64,000 nt of DNA, from NCBI GenBank assembly GCA_964529555.1, contig CAZGWV010000001.1, positions 24,592 to 88,591 on the forward strand. Direction: 5' to 3'. The notes under the pieces were generated by a model, which worked only from the letters and a program-made list of their open reading frames with translations, searched no databases and was not told the DNA's origin. Shown here one piece after another: positions 1 through 9,813 of this stretch. The stretch comes from an uncultured Rhizobium sp. GTDB taxonomy: Bacteria > Pseudomonadota > Alphaproteobacteria > Caulobacterales > Hyphomonadaceae. The number at the start of each line of letters is the position of its first letter. The stretch's first letter is position 1. The position numbers were made by a program, and so were the translations under genes.

Positions 1-561
1 CTCGTTGGTGGTCTGCTGGGCCGATAGCGCGCCCTGCGCGCTGGCGCTTGCGTCGGCCAGCGCCTGCAGCGTGGTCTGGTCGGCGCGAAGCTGTTCCGTC
101 ACCTGGGCCTGGAGGACCAGAGAGGTCTGGAGCGCGTTCCGAGCATTGTCGATCTGCCGGGCGGCGGCCTGCGCGCGTGTGGCGACGTTGGTTCCGCGAT
201 AATCTCCCGTATATAAAGACTCCAGCGCCGCGCGCGTTTCGTTGACCTGAAGGGCGAGCCCGCGCGCCGCGTCGATCAGCGCGTCCAGTTCGCGAAGCTT
301 CGCCATGATGTCGGGGGCGAACGTCCGGCCGAGATGGGCGAGATTACGGGCGTCGTTCTCAAGCTGGCGGATCTGGTTGGTGATCTGCTGGACCTGATTG
401 TTGATCTGCTGGAGCGCCCGCGCCGCGTTGAGCGCGTTCTGAACCAGGTTGGACGGGTCGATCACCGTCATCTGGGCCTGGGCAGGGGATGGCGCGGCCA
501 GCGACAGCGCCATCGCGCCGGCGGTCAGCTTGAGAACGAGAGAAATGTAACGGGTAAGCAT
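1..561 (-). CDS. trbJ: TrbJ (VirB5-like) conjugal transfer protein; 3' end lies beyond the window edge
   Basis: Minus-strand frame is open from the window edge to an ATG at 561-559 (ATGA overlap with the trbE stop). My translation is MLTRYISLVLKLTAGAMALSLAAPSPAQAQMTVIDPSNLVQNALNAARALQQINNQVQQITNQIRQLENDARNL..., i.e. signal peptide plus coiled coil as in TrbJ. Synteny after trbE fits. It is not in the ORF track because it runs off the edge. Confidence 0.8.
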   Translation of the reverse strand, partial: MLTRYISLVLKLTAGAMALSLAAPSPAQAQMTVIDPSNLVQNALNAARALQQINNQVQQITNQIRQLENDARNLAHLGRTFAPDIMAKLRELDALIDAARGLALQVNETRAALESLYTGDYRGTNVATRAQAAARQIDNARNALQTSLVLQAQVTEQLRADQTTLQALADASASAQGALSAQQTTNE

Positions 562-3125
562 CAGACAGTCTCCAGGGGGCGGGATGAAGCAGGGGCGCTG
601 GCATGTGGGCCTTGGGGTTCGTCGAGCGCATCGAGCACCCAGGCGAGCTGGCGGGCGCGCAGAAACCGGCGCCAGAAGGGTGCCGGCGCAGCCTGCTGTT
701 CCAGCGTGGCGATCAGGTCGCGCGATGCCGGGTCGGACGCGGCGCAGAACGCAAGCGCGACCGGGCCGAGCGCCAGCTCGAACAGTCGCCTTCCCTTCGG
801 GCTGGCGTAATAATAGTGCCGCTTGCGCTGCGCGGTGGCGATCAGCTCGATCTCGGTCTCGTTGAGGCCGAACCGCTCATAGGCTTCGCGCTGCTGAGGT
901 TCGAACGCGCGCTCGTTGGGAAGGTAGATGCGCGTCGGACAGGACTCGATCAGGGCCGGGGCGATGGCGCTGTCGACCACATCGGCCAGCGATTGCGTGG
1001 CGAACACCACCGCGACGTTCTTCTTGCGGAGGGTCTTTAGCCATTCGCGGATGCGGGCGGCGAACAGGGGCGAATCGAGGAATAACCAGGCTTCGTCCAG
1101 TATTAGGAGTGTCGGCCGTCCGTCGAACCGCTCCTCCAGCCGGTCGAGCAGGTGAAGGAGAGCGGGCGCCGCCGCATTGGGGCGGGCCATGATCTCCTCC
1201 ATCTCGAACAGCACGACATCCGACAGGTTCAGCCGATCCTCGGCGCCGTCGAACACGCCGCCCATCGCGCCATCCTGTGTGTAAGGCAGGAGTGCCGCCT
1301 GCACCGCCGCGTTCTGTACCAGCAGGCGCAGGCCGGTGAGATGGCGCTGTTCGGGCGGCGCCGAGCGCAGGCTGCCGAGCGCGGACCAGACCGGCTCCTT
1401 GATCTCCGGCGCGTCGGTTAGCCCTTCCTGTGCGAGGATGGTCATCACCCAGCTAAGCGCGTCGGCCCGGCCCTGGGCGGTGTTGATCCTTGCAAGCGGT
1501 TGAAAGGCCGCGACCCCGTCACCGCCAAGGTCGATGGCGGTTCCGCCCATGCCAAGCACGGCGGCGCGGGCCGATCCGCCCTTGTCGAACACGAACACCT
1601 GCCCGCCCGCGAAGCGCCGCCATTGCAGGGCGAGGAAGGACAGGAGCACGGACTTGCCCGCCCCTGTGGGGCCGACAACCATCGTATGTCCCACATCGCC
1701 GACATGAAGATCGAGCCGGAACGGGGTGGAGCCGTCGGTACGGGCGACGGCCAGCGGCGGCGCATCGAGATGCCGGTTCCAGGCGTCTCCGGCCCATGCC
1801 GTTGAAAGAGGGGCGACGTGTGAAAGGTTCAAAGTCGATACCATGGGATGCCTGACATTGGCCCACGCATGGCCGGCGATACTGGAGAGCCAGGCTTCGA
1901 CCGCGTTCAAGCCTTCCGCCACGGTGACGAACCCGCGCGCCGCGATGATGCGTTCAGCGGCGCGGAGCTTCTCGTTCGCCTCCTCGGCGGTGGCGCCCAT
2001 GACAACCAGCGTCGAGGTGAGGAAACCGAACCCGATCAGTTCGGAGCCAAGTTCCTGTAGCGCCTCCTCGACCTCTTCCGTCTTGGCGATGGCGTCGGGG
2101 TTCGAGAAGGTCGCCGCCTCGCGGGTCAGCATCTCCTTGACCAGCGCGCCCATGGATTTGTGCTTGGCGAACCAGAGCCGGCGCCATTTGACGAGTTCGC
2201 GCTCGGCCTCTTCCTTGTCGAGACAAAGATAGCGCGTCATCCAGCGGTAGGTCATCGCTACGGCGTTCAGATCATCGAGTACGCCCGGATGAGTGAAGGG
2301 CGGAAAGCCCTTGAGGGTAAGGACGCGCAGGTGGCTATCGCCCAGCATGGGATGGACGCCGCCGACAAGCGGCGCATCGCAGAGATAGCCATCGAGGAAG
2401 GCAGGCCCGGCCGGGGCGCGAACATCCATCGGTTGGGGCGAGACCTGGCGCTTGAGGTAGGAAAGCGTCTCGTCATCGTCGAGCGGGCAGAACTCCGCGA
2501 CCATACCCTCGAACATTCCAAATGCGTGTTCGACGCCGCGCTGGAAACTCTCCAGCGCCTCATGGGCGACCTTTCTGTCGAGAGCGTCTCTCTCGTTCAA
2601 GCGTTCCGCCTTCGCGCGTTTGGCTTTCCCGCGCGTCTGATTCTTGTCTTTGCTTTTGAGGGCAGGCAGCTTCGGTTCGGCCAGCTTCCGTTTCTGGTCA
2701 GCCTCGAAGAAGAAGGCCGACGCCTTGCGGCTTGAATCCGCCTCGGGCGTCCATTGCAGTGTCAGATGATGGATGGTCTCGAACTGCGAGCCCGCCTGTT
2801 CGAACGCCGCGGCGCGTTCGGAGTCGACCAGTCGGGAGAGATCGTCCTCGAACGCGCCGTCCGGGTAGTCGGTGATCTCGCGCCGGTCGGCTTCGATATA
2901 GACCGCCCATCCGCGGCCGAGACGCCGGAACACATTGTTGGCGCGCGCCGTGAACGAGACCAGCTCTTCAGGCGTCGAGGACCGCACGTCCGGCCCCCGG
3001 AATCGGGCCGTTGCCTGGAAGGAGCCGTCCTTGTTGAGAACGACGCCGGGGGCGACCAGCATCGCCCAGGGCAGATAATCCTCAAGGCGGCTGGGCGTAT
3101 GGGCGTAGGGTGCAAAGCTGATCAT
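561..3125 (-). CDS. trbE: TrbE / VirB4-family type IV secretion ATPase
   Basis: 854 aa. TrbE-type N-terminus (MISFAPYAHTPSRLEDYLPWAMLV...DGSFQATARFRGPD), Walker A GPTGAGKS, Walker B-like LLILDEAW. Synteny trbD-trbE-trbJ. Confidence 0.95.
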   Translation of the reverse strand: MISFAPYAHTPSRLEDYLPWAMLVAPGVVLNKDGSFQATARFRGPDVRSSTPEELVSFTARANNVFRRLGRGWAVYIEADRREITDYPDGAFEDDLSRLVDSERAAAFEQAGSQFETIHHLTLQWTPEADSSRKASAFFFEADQKRKLAEPKLPALKSKDKNQTRGKAKRAKAERLNERDALDRKVAHEALESFQRGVEHAFGMFEGMVAEFCPLDDDETLSYLKRQVSPQPMDVRAPAGPAFLDGYLCDAPLVGGVHPMLGDSHLRVLTLKGFPPFTHPGVLDDLNAVAMTYRWMTRYLCLDKEEAERELVKWRRLWFAKHKSMGALVKEMLTREAATFSNPDAIAKTEEVEEALQELGSELIGFGFLTSTLVVMGATAEEANEKLRAAERIIAARGFVTVAEGLNAVEAWLSSIAGHAWANVRHPMVSTLNLSHVAPLSTAWAGDAWNRHLDAPPLAVARTDGSTPFRLDLHVGDVGHTMVVGPTGAGKSVLLSFLALQWRRFAGGQVFVFDKGGSARAAVLGMGGTAIDLGGDGVAAFQPLARINTAQGRADALSWVMTILAQEGLTDAPEIKEPVWSALGSLRSAPPEQRHLTGLRLLVQNAAVQAALLPYTQDGAMGGVFDGAEDRLNLSDVVLFEMEEIMARPNAAAPALLHLLDRLEERFDGRPTLLILDEAWLFLDSPLFAARIREWLKTLRKKNVAVVFATQSLADVVDSAIAPALIESCPTRIYLPNERAFEPQQREAYERFGLNETEIELIATAQRKRHYYYASPKGRRLFELALGPVALAFCAASDPASRDLIATLEQQAAPAPFWRRFLRARQLAWVLDALDEPQGPHASAPASSRPLETV

Positions 3126-3159
3126 TGGCGTATCTCGGAATAGTTCGTGAAGGGGGACG

Positions 3160-3432
3160 TCAGGTTTCCAGCCGATTAGGGATGCGCATGGCGCGTTTCA
3201 GCACGTCGATGACGTCTGGGTCGCGCCGCGCGAGGAAGACGCCGAGCGCATGTCCCGCGACGCCCAGGACGATCCCTGGTAAGACAGCGCCAGCGAAGGC
3301 GACGATCGCCGCCAGCGTACCGTTGAGGATGGCGTAGGACCGGGGCGCCCCGCCCATGAGGAGGGGAGCGACAAGCGCCTGCCGGGCCGGAGCCTGAAAG
3401 CCTGGAACGTCGCGGGGGTCGCGCATGATCAT
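3160..3432 (-). CDS. trbD: TrbD / VirB3-like conjugal transfer protein
   Basis: 90 aa with hydrophobic segments. It sits between trbC and trbE, as in trb operons. Confidence 0.85.
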   Translation of the reverse strand: MIMRDPRDVPGFQAPARQALVAPLLMGGAPRSYAILNGTLAAIVAFAGAVLPGIVLGVAGHALGVFLARRDPDVIDVLKRAMRIPNRLET

Positions 3433-3436
3433 TCCT

Positions 3437-3769
3437 TCACGGAATGACCGCGCCGCCGCCGCCCACGAGCGGCAGAAAGAAGCTGGTTGCCGCGAACACG
3501 ATGGCGAGGCCGAATAGGAGCTGGATGAGCTTCTTGAACCCCTGGCCGATGTCGCCGAACGCTAGTGTGAGGCCGGTCGCGACGATGATGAGGATGGCGA
3601 TGATCCGGGCGACGGGTCCGGTGATGGAGTCCATCACGGCCGTTAGCGGCGCTTCCCATGGCATACCGCTGCCGCCGGTCGCCGCGTGCGCGACTCCACT
3701 GGCGAGAACGGTCAGCGCCGACAGGCTGGCTATGCGTGCGATAATGCGTGCGGTTCGATTTAGTCTCAT
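3437..3769 (-). CDS. trbC: TrbC / VirB2-like conjugative pilin precursor
   Basis: 110 aa. Long leader ending ...ASGVAHA/ATGGSG followed by two hydrophobic helices, typical of TrbC pilin. 4-nt overlap with the trbB stop. Confidence 0.85.
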   Translation of the reverse strand: MRLNRTARIIARIASLSALTVLASGVAHAATGGSGMPWEAPLTAVMDSITGPVARIIAILIIVATGLTLAFGDIGQGFKKLIQLLFGLAIVFAATSFFLPLVGGGGAVIP

Positions 3770-4755
3770 TGCTCTGCTCCTGATGTGAGGACATGCGCGT
3801 CAACCCCTCGCGCGGCGGGTTCCTGCGTCAGCCGAAGCTTGGGCGCGAAAATTTCGGGGATGCGGCGTTCGGCAGGCCCGCCGCGTTCGATGAAAACGAC
3901 AAGGTCGATCGCTTCTGCGATTAGCGCGCGCGGCGGCGTCTCGCAGACTTCCATGGTGAGCTGTTCCAGCCGCGCCATGGCGGCTTGCGCCGAATTGACG
4001 TGCAGGGTGGCGATGCCGCCGGGATGGCCGGTGTTCCAGGCCTTCAATAGGTCGAGCGCCTCCGGCCCGCGTACCTCCCCGACCACTATGCGGTCAGGTC
4101 GCAGGCGGAGCGTCGAACGCACCAGATCGGAGAGATTGACCGATCCGGCCTGCGTGCGCAGCGCCACCACATCGTCGGCTGCGCACCGGAGTTCGCGCGT
4201 ATCTTCAAGGATGACGACACGCTCATGCCTTTGCGCGATCTCATGGAGCAGGGCGTTGGCCAGTGTCGTCTTGCCCGACCCCGTGCCGCCGGCCACGATG
4301 ATATTGGCGCGTTGGGCGATGGCCTTGCGGAGCTGGCCAGCCTGATCGGGCGTGATGACGCCGGAGGCGAGATAGTCCGCCAGCGTGAACACCTGGCTGG
4401 CCGGCTTGCGGATGGCGAAACAGGGCGCCCGCGATACGGGCGGCAGCACACCTTCGAACCGTTCGCCGCGTGGCGGCAGTTCGGCGGAGACGATGGGCCG
4501 GTCGCGCGTCACTTCCACGCCCGTAAGGGTCGCGACCAGCCGGATGACACGCTCGGCCTCGACCGCTTCCAGCCGGTGCGGCGTCGCGATCCGGCCCCTA
4601 CCGGCCTGTTCGAGCCAGAGCCGGCCATCGGGATTGGCGATCACCTCGATCGTGTCGGGCGCGTCCAGCATGGCGGCGACCGACGGCCCGAGCGCCGTGG
4701 CCAGCATGGCGAGGCCGCGCGAGGAATCGATGGCGGGAGAAGGAGTCGCGCTCAT
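3766..4755 (-). CDS. trbB: TrbB / VirB11-family secretion ATPase
   Basis: Tracked ORF 3766-5361 trimmed to the ATG at 4755 (MSATPSPAIDSS...), which overlaps the stop of the upstream RHH gene. Walker A GGTGSGKTT, plus VILEDTRELR, RLRPDRIVVGEVRG and WNTGHPG motifs typical of VirB11/TrbB. Confidence 0.9.
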   Translation of the reverse strand: MSATPSPAIDSSRGLAMLATALGPSVAAMLDAPDTIEVIANPDGRLWLEQAGRGRIATPHRLEAVEAERVIRLVATLTGVEVTRDRPIVSAELPPRGERFEGVLPPVSRAPCFAIRKPASQVFTLADYLASGVITPDQAGQLRKAIAQRANIIVAGGTGSGKTTLANALLHEIAQRHERVVILEDTRELRCAADDVVALRTQAGSVNLSDLVRSTLRLRPDRIVVGEVRGPEALDLLKAWNTGHPGGIATLHVNSAQAAMARLEQLTMEVCETPPRALIAEAIDLVVFIERGGPAERRIPEIFAPKLRLTQEPAARGVDAHVLTSGAEQ

Positions 4756-5207
4756 ACGACCGCCTCGCGTTGGGTGGCGCGCACCGCCGGCTGCGCGGAA
4801 GCGGCGGGGGCTCCGGCCAGAGCGTCCTGTAACGCGCCGCCGTCTGAACTGGACCGGGAGACAACAAGCTGGAGGATGTTGCGGAGTCGGTCGGCGCCGC
4901 GCGCGGAGAGAGCGGGGCGGTCGGACTCCGCGATTTCCGGAGCGATGCTGAGAAGGAAGCGCGATGTCTGCGTCGCGAACTCGAAATGCGTGTGCTGGCC
5001 TTTCTCGACGACACCAAGACGTCGGATGATCTGGTCGAGCCTTGCCATCAGGGCGGCATGCTCGGCCTCGTGGCCGGTATCGGTGAGGCGTCGCACGATG
5101 GCGCCCTCGATGATGTCGGAGATGCTGCGGTCCTCGATTGCGGCGACGCGCTTCAGCGTGTCCGCGATGTCGGGTGTCACGTAGGCCGTTATCTTGATGC
5201 GCGCCAT
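4752..5207 (-). CDS. Ribbon-helix-helix (CopG-like) protein between traG and trbB
   Basis: 151 aa. The N-terminus MARIKITAYVTPDIADTLKRVAAIEDRSISDIIEGAI fits a beta-strand/helix/helix RHH fold. This is a conserved position in Trb-type ICE transfer operons. Confidence 0.65.
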   Translation of the reverse strand: MARIKITAYVTPDIADTLKRVAAIEDRSISDIIEGAIVRRLTDTGHEAEHAALMARLDQIIRRLGVVEKGQHTHFEFATQTSRFLLSIAPEIAESDRPALSARGADRLRNILQLVVSRSSSDGGALQDALAGAPAASAQPAVRATQREAVV

Positions 5208-5218
5208 GGATAACCCTC

Positions 5219-7231
5219 TCAGTGCCCCGAGCTGTCGAAAACGTCTGGATCGAGCCCGAACTGGATGCGAAGCGGATCGGTGAACTCGACCGCGTTGAGA
5301 TCGTCGCGTTCCTGGGCATTGTCAGCCGGTGGTGTGCTTTGCGGCGTGCTGCTTCCGGCAACCGTTGTATGGAAATCGAACGCCTTCTGGTGTGCGCCGC
5401 CGCTGTTCGTGGGTGTCGGACGCGGCTGCGATCTAGCGGATTTCACCGCAGCCGGGTTCGCCTGTTTCGATGAGGCAGCAGGGGCGATGGAAGGCTGAGG
5501 CGGAGGGGTGACGCCATCCCACGCCGTGCGAATGCCGGCGCCGGTCTGCGGGATGAGCCGGACAGGCGGCCGCACGCGCGTCTTGAACGCCGGCTCTTCA
5601 AAATAGCGCACCTTCCTGGCGCGGATCGGCGGCGAGCCGCCGGTGAGGATCAGGGCCTCCGACGGCGGAAGCTGCATCACCTCGCCCGGCGTCAACAGCG
5701 GGCGCGGTACTTCCTGGCGCGAGACCATGGTATGTCCGAGCCAGGGCGCCATGCGCGAGCCGGCATAGTTCATCTGGGCGCGGGTCTCGGTGGTGACGCC
5801 CAGCATGTCGGAGACTCGCTTGGCAGTGCGTTCGTCATTGCAGGCGAAGGCGACGCGCACATGCGCGTTGTCGAGAATGGAGGAGTGTTCGCCATAGGCC
5901 TGCGCGATCTGATTCAGGGACTGCGCGACGAGGCAGGCTTTGATTTTATAGCCCCGGATATAGGCGAGGGCGTGCTCGAAGAAGTCGAGACGGCCCAGTT
6001 GCGGGAACTCGTCCAGCATCAGCAGGACGCGCCGTCCGGCGTCTTGATTCTGGGCCGCGATCTCGGTGAGGCGTTTTAGTATCTGGTTGAGCACCAGGCG
6101 CAGCAACGCCTTCAGTCGGGAAATTTCCTCAGGTGGAATGACGAGATAGAGCGAGACTGGCCGGGTGCCCGAGATGATCTCCTCGATCGAAAAGTCGGAG
6201 ACCTCGGTTGCGCGGGCCAGCACCGGATCGCGGTAGAGCGCGAGATAGCCAAGCGCAGTCGAGACGACGCCGGAGCGTTCGGCCTCCGCCATGTCGAGGA
6301 GCTGGCGCGCGCCAGCCGCCACGACAGGGTGGGGCGCCCCGTCCAGAATCGGCCGCTGCAACATCTCTTCCAGGAGATTGATGATGGGACGCTGCGGATC
6401 GGCCAGAAGTTCGGCAAGGCGCGCGAGAGTCTTGGTTTCCTCCACATAGAGCGTCCACAGGATCGCGGCGACCAGGAGTTCGAAGGCCCGCAACTGCCAG
6501 TGGCTACGCTCGCGCAGTGCGCCTTCGGGATCGACCAGCATGTCGGCGAGCACCTGTGCGTCGCGCACCTCGGCTTCGCCGCGCCGGATCTGCGTCAGCG
6601 GGTTGTAGCGATGGGCGCCTGCTTCGGTGGGGGCGAAGCGGAAGACGGGGCCGAACGAGGATCGGAGCCCCGACGTGACGGTCCAGTTCTCGCCCTTGAG
6701 GTCCAACGCAATGTAGGAATGCCGCCACACCAGGCCGGTCGGCAGCGAGACGCCGACGCTCTTGCCGGTATTGGTCGGTGCGACGACAAGAACATGCTCG
6801 TCGCCGTCATGGCGCAACAACTGCTGGTCAAACGATCCAAGCACAACGCCATCGCCGCGTGCGAGGTCGAGCTTGCGGATGTCGTGTGCCGTGGCCCAGC
6901 GGGCGGTGCCGTAGGTGTCAGTGTTCTTGGTCTCGCGCGCGCGCCAGAGCGAGAAACCGAACGCCACGATGACCGCGACACCGACGCCGGACAAAAAGAT
7001 CAGTCCGCCGGCCTGGAAAATGTCGCTGGCGTAAGCGTCATAGTAATACCACCACAGAAACAGCCTCCAGGGAGCGTAGAGGTTCTGGCCGAACAGCACT
7101 GCGTCCGGAGGTCCGAGGCGCTCCTGGTATCCCAGTGCATCCGCTGTCCACTGTGTCGCGGCGCAGGCCGCGAACGCGACGCTCGCGAGTACGGCCAGGA
7201 TCTGACCCCAGTAAACCCGTCCCGCACTCAT
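5219..7231 (-). CDS. traG: TraG / VirD4-family type IV coupling protein
   Basis: 670 aa. N-terminal TM segments, nucleotide-binding motifs VVAPTNTGKSVGV and LMLDEFPQLG. Located immediately upstream of the trb operon. Confidence 0.9.
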   Translation of the reverse strand: MSAGRVYWGQILAVLASVAFAACAATQWTADALGYQERLGPPDAVLFGQNLYAPWRLFLWWYYYDAYASDIFQAGGLIFLSGVGVAVIVAFGFSLWRARETKNTDTYGTARWATAHDIRKLDLARGDGVVLGSFDQQLLRHDGDEHVLVVAPTNTGKSVGVSLPTGLVWRHSYIALDLKGENWTVTSGLRSSFGPVFRFAPTEAGAHRYNPLTQIRRGEAEVRDAQVLADMLVDPEGALRERSHWQLRAFELLVAAILWTLYVEETKTLARLAELLADPQRPIINLLEEMLQRPILDGAPHPVVAAGARQLLDMAEAERSGVVSTALGYLALYRDPVLARATEVSDFSIEEIISGTRPVSLYLVIPPEEISRLKALLRLVLNQILKRLTEIAAQNQDAGRRVLLMLDEFPQLGRLDFFEHALAYIRGYKIKACLVAQSLNQIAQAYGEHSSILDNAHVRVAFACNDERTAKRVSDMLGVTTETRAQMNYAGSRMAPWLGHTMVSRQEVPRPLLTPGEVMQLPPSEALILTGGSPPIRARKVRYFEEPAFKTRVRPPVRLIPQTGAGIRTAWDGVTPPPQPSIAPAASSKQANPAAVKSARSQPRPTPTNSGGAHQKAFDFHTTVAGSSTPQSTPPADNAQERDDLNAVEFTDPLRIQFGLDPDVFDSSGH

Positions 7232-7586
7232 TGTTCGGCTGCCCCGTTTGAGACCCGGACGCGGGGCGCTGTCGCGAAATCACCGCGCGCCGATCCGGGC
7301 GCGTTAACCCGCTCGATCATTGGCGGCTCGCTATCGGCCACTGCCGGCAATGAGCAGGGCAGAAGACGGTTCTGTCGTTCTCGATGTCGTGCGCGGCCGG
7401 CTGCGGTCATGCTCAGACGGAGCGAAAAGCCGAGGCTGGTTCGCGCCTTGCATGGATAATGTCTTAACGGGGCGTGGGACCAGTCCATCGCGTAAGCTCG
7501 GCCAATTGATTGGTCTGGCTTAGGCGCAATGGCGTGGCGTTCGCTTCCCAGTTTTTTGGCCAAGGGGTCGCTGAAAAGGAACGAAC

Positions 7587-8546
7587 GTGGGCGGTGTGAG
7601 ACTCGACTGGGATCGGCTTAAGGTGTTCCAGACCATCGCCGGCAGCGGCAGCATCAATGCCGCCGCCAGGGTGTTGGGCCGCAGCTACGGCAAGGTGTCC
7701 AAGGATCTTGAAGAACTGGAGCACGCTTTGGGCCATCAGTTGTTCGGACGATCGAGCCGGGGGCTCCAACTCACCACAGTCGGAGAGGATATCCTGAGAT
7801 CGGCGCGCAACATGGCTGACTCGGTTCAGACCATCATCGAACGCGCGAGCGAAAGGAGCCGCGATCAACTCGTCATCTGCGCGCGCGACGGCATCGCTAC
7901 CTACTGGTTGGCGCGTCGCCTGCCGGAGCTTCTTCAGATCCAGCCGGAAGTGCGGGTGTTCCTGAAGGTCCTGCCGACGACGCCCAATCTGGCTGACGGA
8001 GATGGCGACATCGCCATCCAGTTCGAGCAGCCGAGCGCCGCAAATCTTGTCTCGCGGCAGTTGGGATGGCTCCATTATATTCTCTATGCTTCGCCAGACT
8101 ATCTCGCCCGGTACGGCGAACCCAAGGCCATGTCCGATCTGCAGGCCCATCAATGCCTGCGGCTGTCCGGCGAGGAGTACCAGCCGGACAGCTGGCGGCC
8201 GGCTGCGGCCGCCTGGGGAGAAATTCTTCCCAACACGATGGAAACCGATACGGGTACGGTGCTTATGGAGGCCTGCGCTTCAGGCGCGGGCATCGCGGCG
8301 CTGCCGAGCTATGTGGCCGAGTTCGAGGACCGGCTGTCGCCGCTGACCGACATCAAGCCACTCGCCACCTTGCGGTTCTGGCTGGCCTACACTGACCGCG
8401 TACGCAACATGAAGGCAAGCCAGCCCGTGCTTCACTGGATACGGTCGTGCTTTGATCCTGGACGTCATGCCTGCTTTCGAGAGCTCTACGTCCGGCCTGA
8501 GCGGAAGCTCTGCGAGCAAGGCGGATCAGCGAGAGTCATGTTCTGA
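7587..8546 (+). CDS. LysR-family transcriptional regulator
   Basis: 319 aa, GTG start. The N-terminal HTH LKVFQTIAGSGSINAAARVLGRSYGKVSKDLEELEHALGHQLFGRSSRGLQLT is the LysR signature. The rest is a C-terminal co-inducer-domain-sized region. Confidence 0.9.
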   Translation: MGGVRLDWDRLKVFQTIAGSGSINAAARVLGRSYGKVSKDLEELEHALGHQLFGRSSRGLQLTTVGEDILRSARNMADSVQTIIERASERSRDQLVICARDGIATYWLARRLPELLQIQPEVRVFLKVLPTTPNLADGDGDIAIQFEQPSAANLVSRQLGWLHYILYASPDYLARYGEPKAMSDLQAHQCLRLSGEEYQPDSWRPAAAAWGEILPNTMETDTGTVLMEACASGAGIAALPSYVAEFEDRLSPLTDIKPLATLRFWLAYTDRVRNMKASQPVLHWIRSCFDPGRHACFRELYVRPERKLCEQGGSARVMF

Positions 8547-8634
8547 GCTGGCGCGAATGACTCAATTTGCGCGATCAGCAGCGGCATAATGCCAGCCGGA
8601 CTGGCTGGCGCGTATATGGTGGCGGGAGCGAGAA

Positions 8635-9216
8635 TTGAGATTCTTCGGCATGAGCAACAAGGGCAGACGAAAATCGCCCGCCCGCGATCCCCTAGAGGCG
8701 TCAGACGCACGCATGTGCAGGCTCAGACCAGCCGTGATCGTGGGCATCACGGTGGCTGCGATCGCGATGCTCGCTGTTCCCGTGAACGCAGCTTCCGCGC
8801 GTCTTGTGTGGAATGTCAGCCCAAGTGCACCGGCCGGCCTATACGGCATCGAACACGACGAATGGTACGTGGGTGATCGCGTCGCCGTCCAACCATCCAC
8901 CTTGCTCGCCGAGGATCTTGACCGTCGCGGTATTCTTCCGCGCGGCAAACTCCTGATCAAACGTGTGGCTGCCGGGCAGGGGGATACGGTATGCCGCCAT
9001 GAGGCGAGCCTCACCGTAAATGGGGCATTGGCGGCTGTGGCCCGGAAGGCGTCAGACTCAGGGGAGAAGCTGCCCGATTGGCTGGGTTGTCAGGAACTGG
9101 GATCTTCGGACGTCTTGCTGCTTGGCGACACTGCCAATTCCTATGACGGACGATATTTCGGCGTGACATCCGCCCATGATATTCTTGGCCGTGCCAGAAT
9201 ACTGGTTCCATTTTGA
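8635..9216 (+). CDS. traF: TraF conjugative-transfer signal peptidase (S26 family)
   Basis: 193 aa. TM anchor, then S26 motifs NVSPSAPAGLY (Ser) and LIKRVAAGQGDTV (Lys). The true start may be the ATG at 8650. Confidence 0.8.
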   Translation: MRFFGMSNKGRRKSPARDPLEASDARMCRLRPAVIVGITVAAIAMLAVPVNAASARLVWNVSPSAPAGLYGIEHDEWYVGDRVAVQPSTLLAEDLDRRGILPRGKLLIKRVAAGQGDTVCRHEASLTVNGALAAVARKASDSGEKLPDWLGCQELGSSDVLLLGDTANSYDGRYFGVTSAHDILGRARILVPF

Positions 9217-9267
9217 GCAGCCCCCGGCGCGAGATGGGGTATTTCACTTCGCTCAATGCACCCTATG

Positions 9268-9284
9268 GCGGCGCGAAGCGCCGC
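9268..9284. terminator. GC-rich hairpin between convergent traF and the locus-A immunity gene
   Basis: gcggcgc-gaa-gcgccgc: perfect 7-bp stem with a 3-nt loop. There is no clear U-tract, so it is only a weak candidate bidirectional terminator. Confidence 0.25.
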
Positions 9285-9306
9285 TAACTCATTTCCGGCT
9301 GAACTC

Positions 9307-9756
9307 TCAGGAATCAATCTGAACAATTTGAAACGACCAACCAATTTTTGAAACATGATTGTTTTCTAGTTCAATAAAAACACGACCGTGGCCAGCCCCG
9401 TCATGACGATGGTATATCTCATAAAGTTCGTCGGCCTTGCACCCCAGTTCACCTTGTAGGCTGCTTTTGTGGCAGGCAATAGTCCCGGAAGATTCAAAAC
9501 CCTGTCGCGCCAGTGCATCGTTTGTAGTAATGTAATCGTCTCCTATCGTGACTCCGAACTTTGAGCCAGTCGATATGTATCCATAGTACGGCGTATCTGC
9601 TCCCAGAGGTATGGGTCGAGGCTGGCCGCAGCTTGGTATAGTTATGCAGACGAGAATAATTAAGACGGCCGCTGCGAGTTTTGTCACGGGCAAAACTCTG
9701 CGTCTATACAGTATGCTATGAGGTAAATCATAAACATATACGTTACCTTTCGACAT
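9307..9756 (-). CDS. Putative immunity lipoprotein for the orphan rhs-CT of locus A
   Basis: 149 aa, visibly AT-richer than its surroundings. Lipoprotein-type signal (...VCITIPSC/GQ). It starts 57 nt downstream of the orphan rhs-CT stop. The call is positional only; I recognise no family. Confidence 0.5.
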   Translation of the reverse strand: MSKGNVYVYDLPHSILYRRRVLPVTKLAAAVLIILVCITIPSCGQPRPIPLGADTPYYGYISTGSKFGVTIGDDYITTNDALARQGFESSGTIACHKSSLQGELGCKADELYEIYHRHDGAGHGRVFIELENNHVSKIGWSFQIVQIDS

Positions 9757-9813
9757 GCATAATGGATACTGCAGGAGTAACCGTCTGGAGATGGCGGTCG
9801 CGGCGGAGATGTT

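Noticed and set aside
3766-5361. 531-aa tracked ORF suggesting a much longer TrbB
   Set aside because: The N-terminal ~200 aa are Arg/Pro/His-rich, run through the RHH gene in another frame, and have no VirB11 similarity. The ATG at 4755 gives a normal-length TrbB with operon-style overlap.
7228-7563. 111-aa ORF upstream of traG
   Set aside because: No recognisable motif, Arg/Ala/Pro-biased composition and no clear RBS. It lies in the lysR-traG divergent intergenic region. Left unannotated as possibly spurious; I cannot exclude a small backbone gene.
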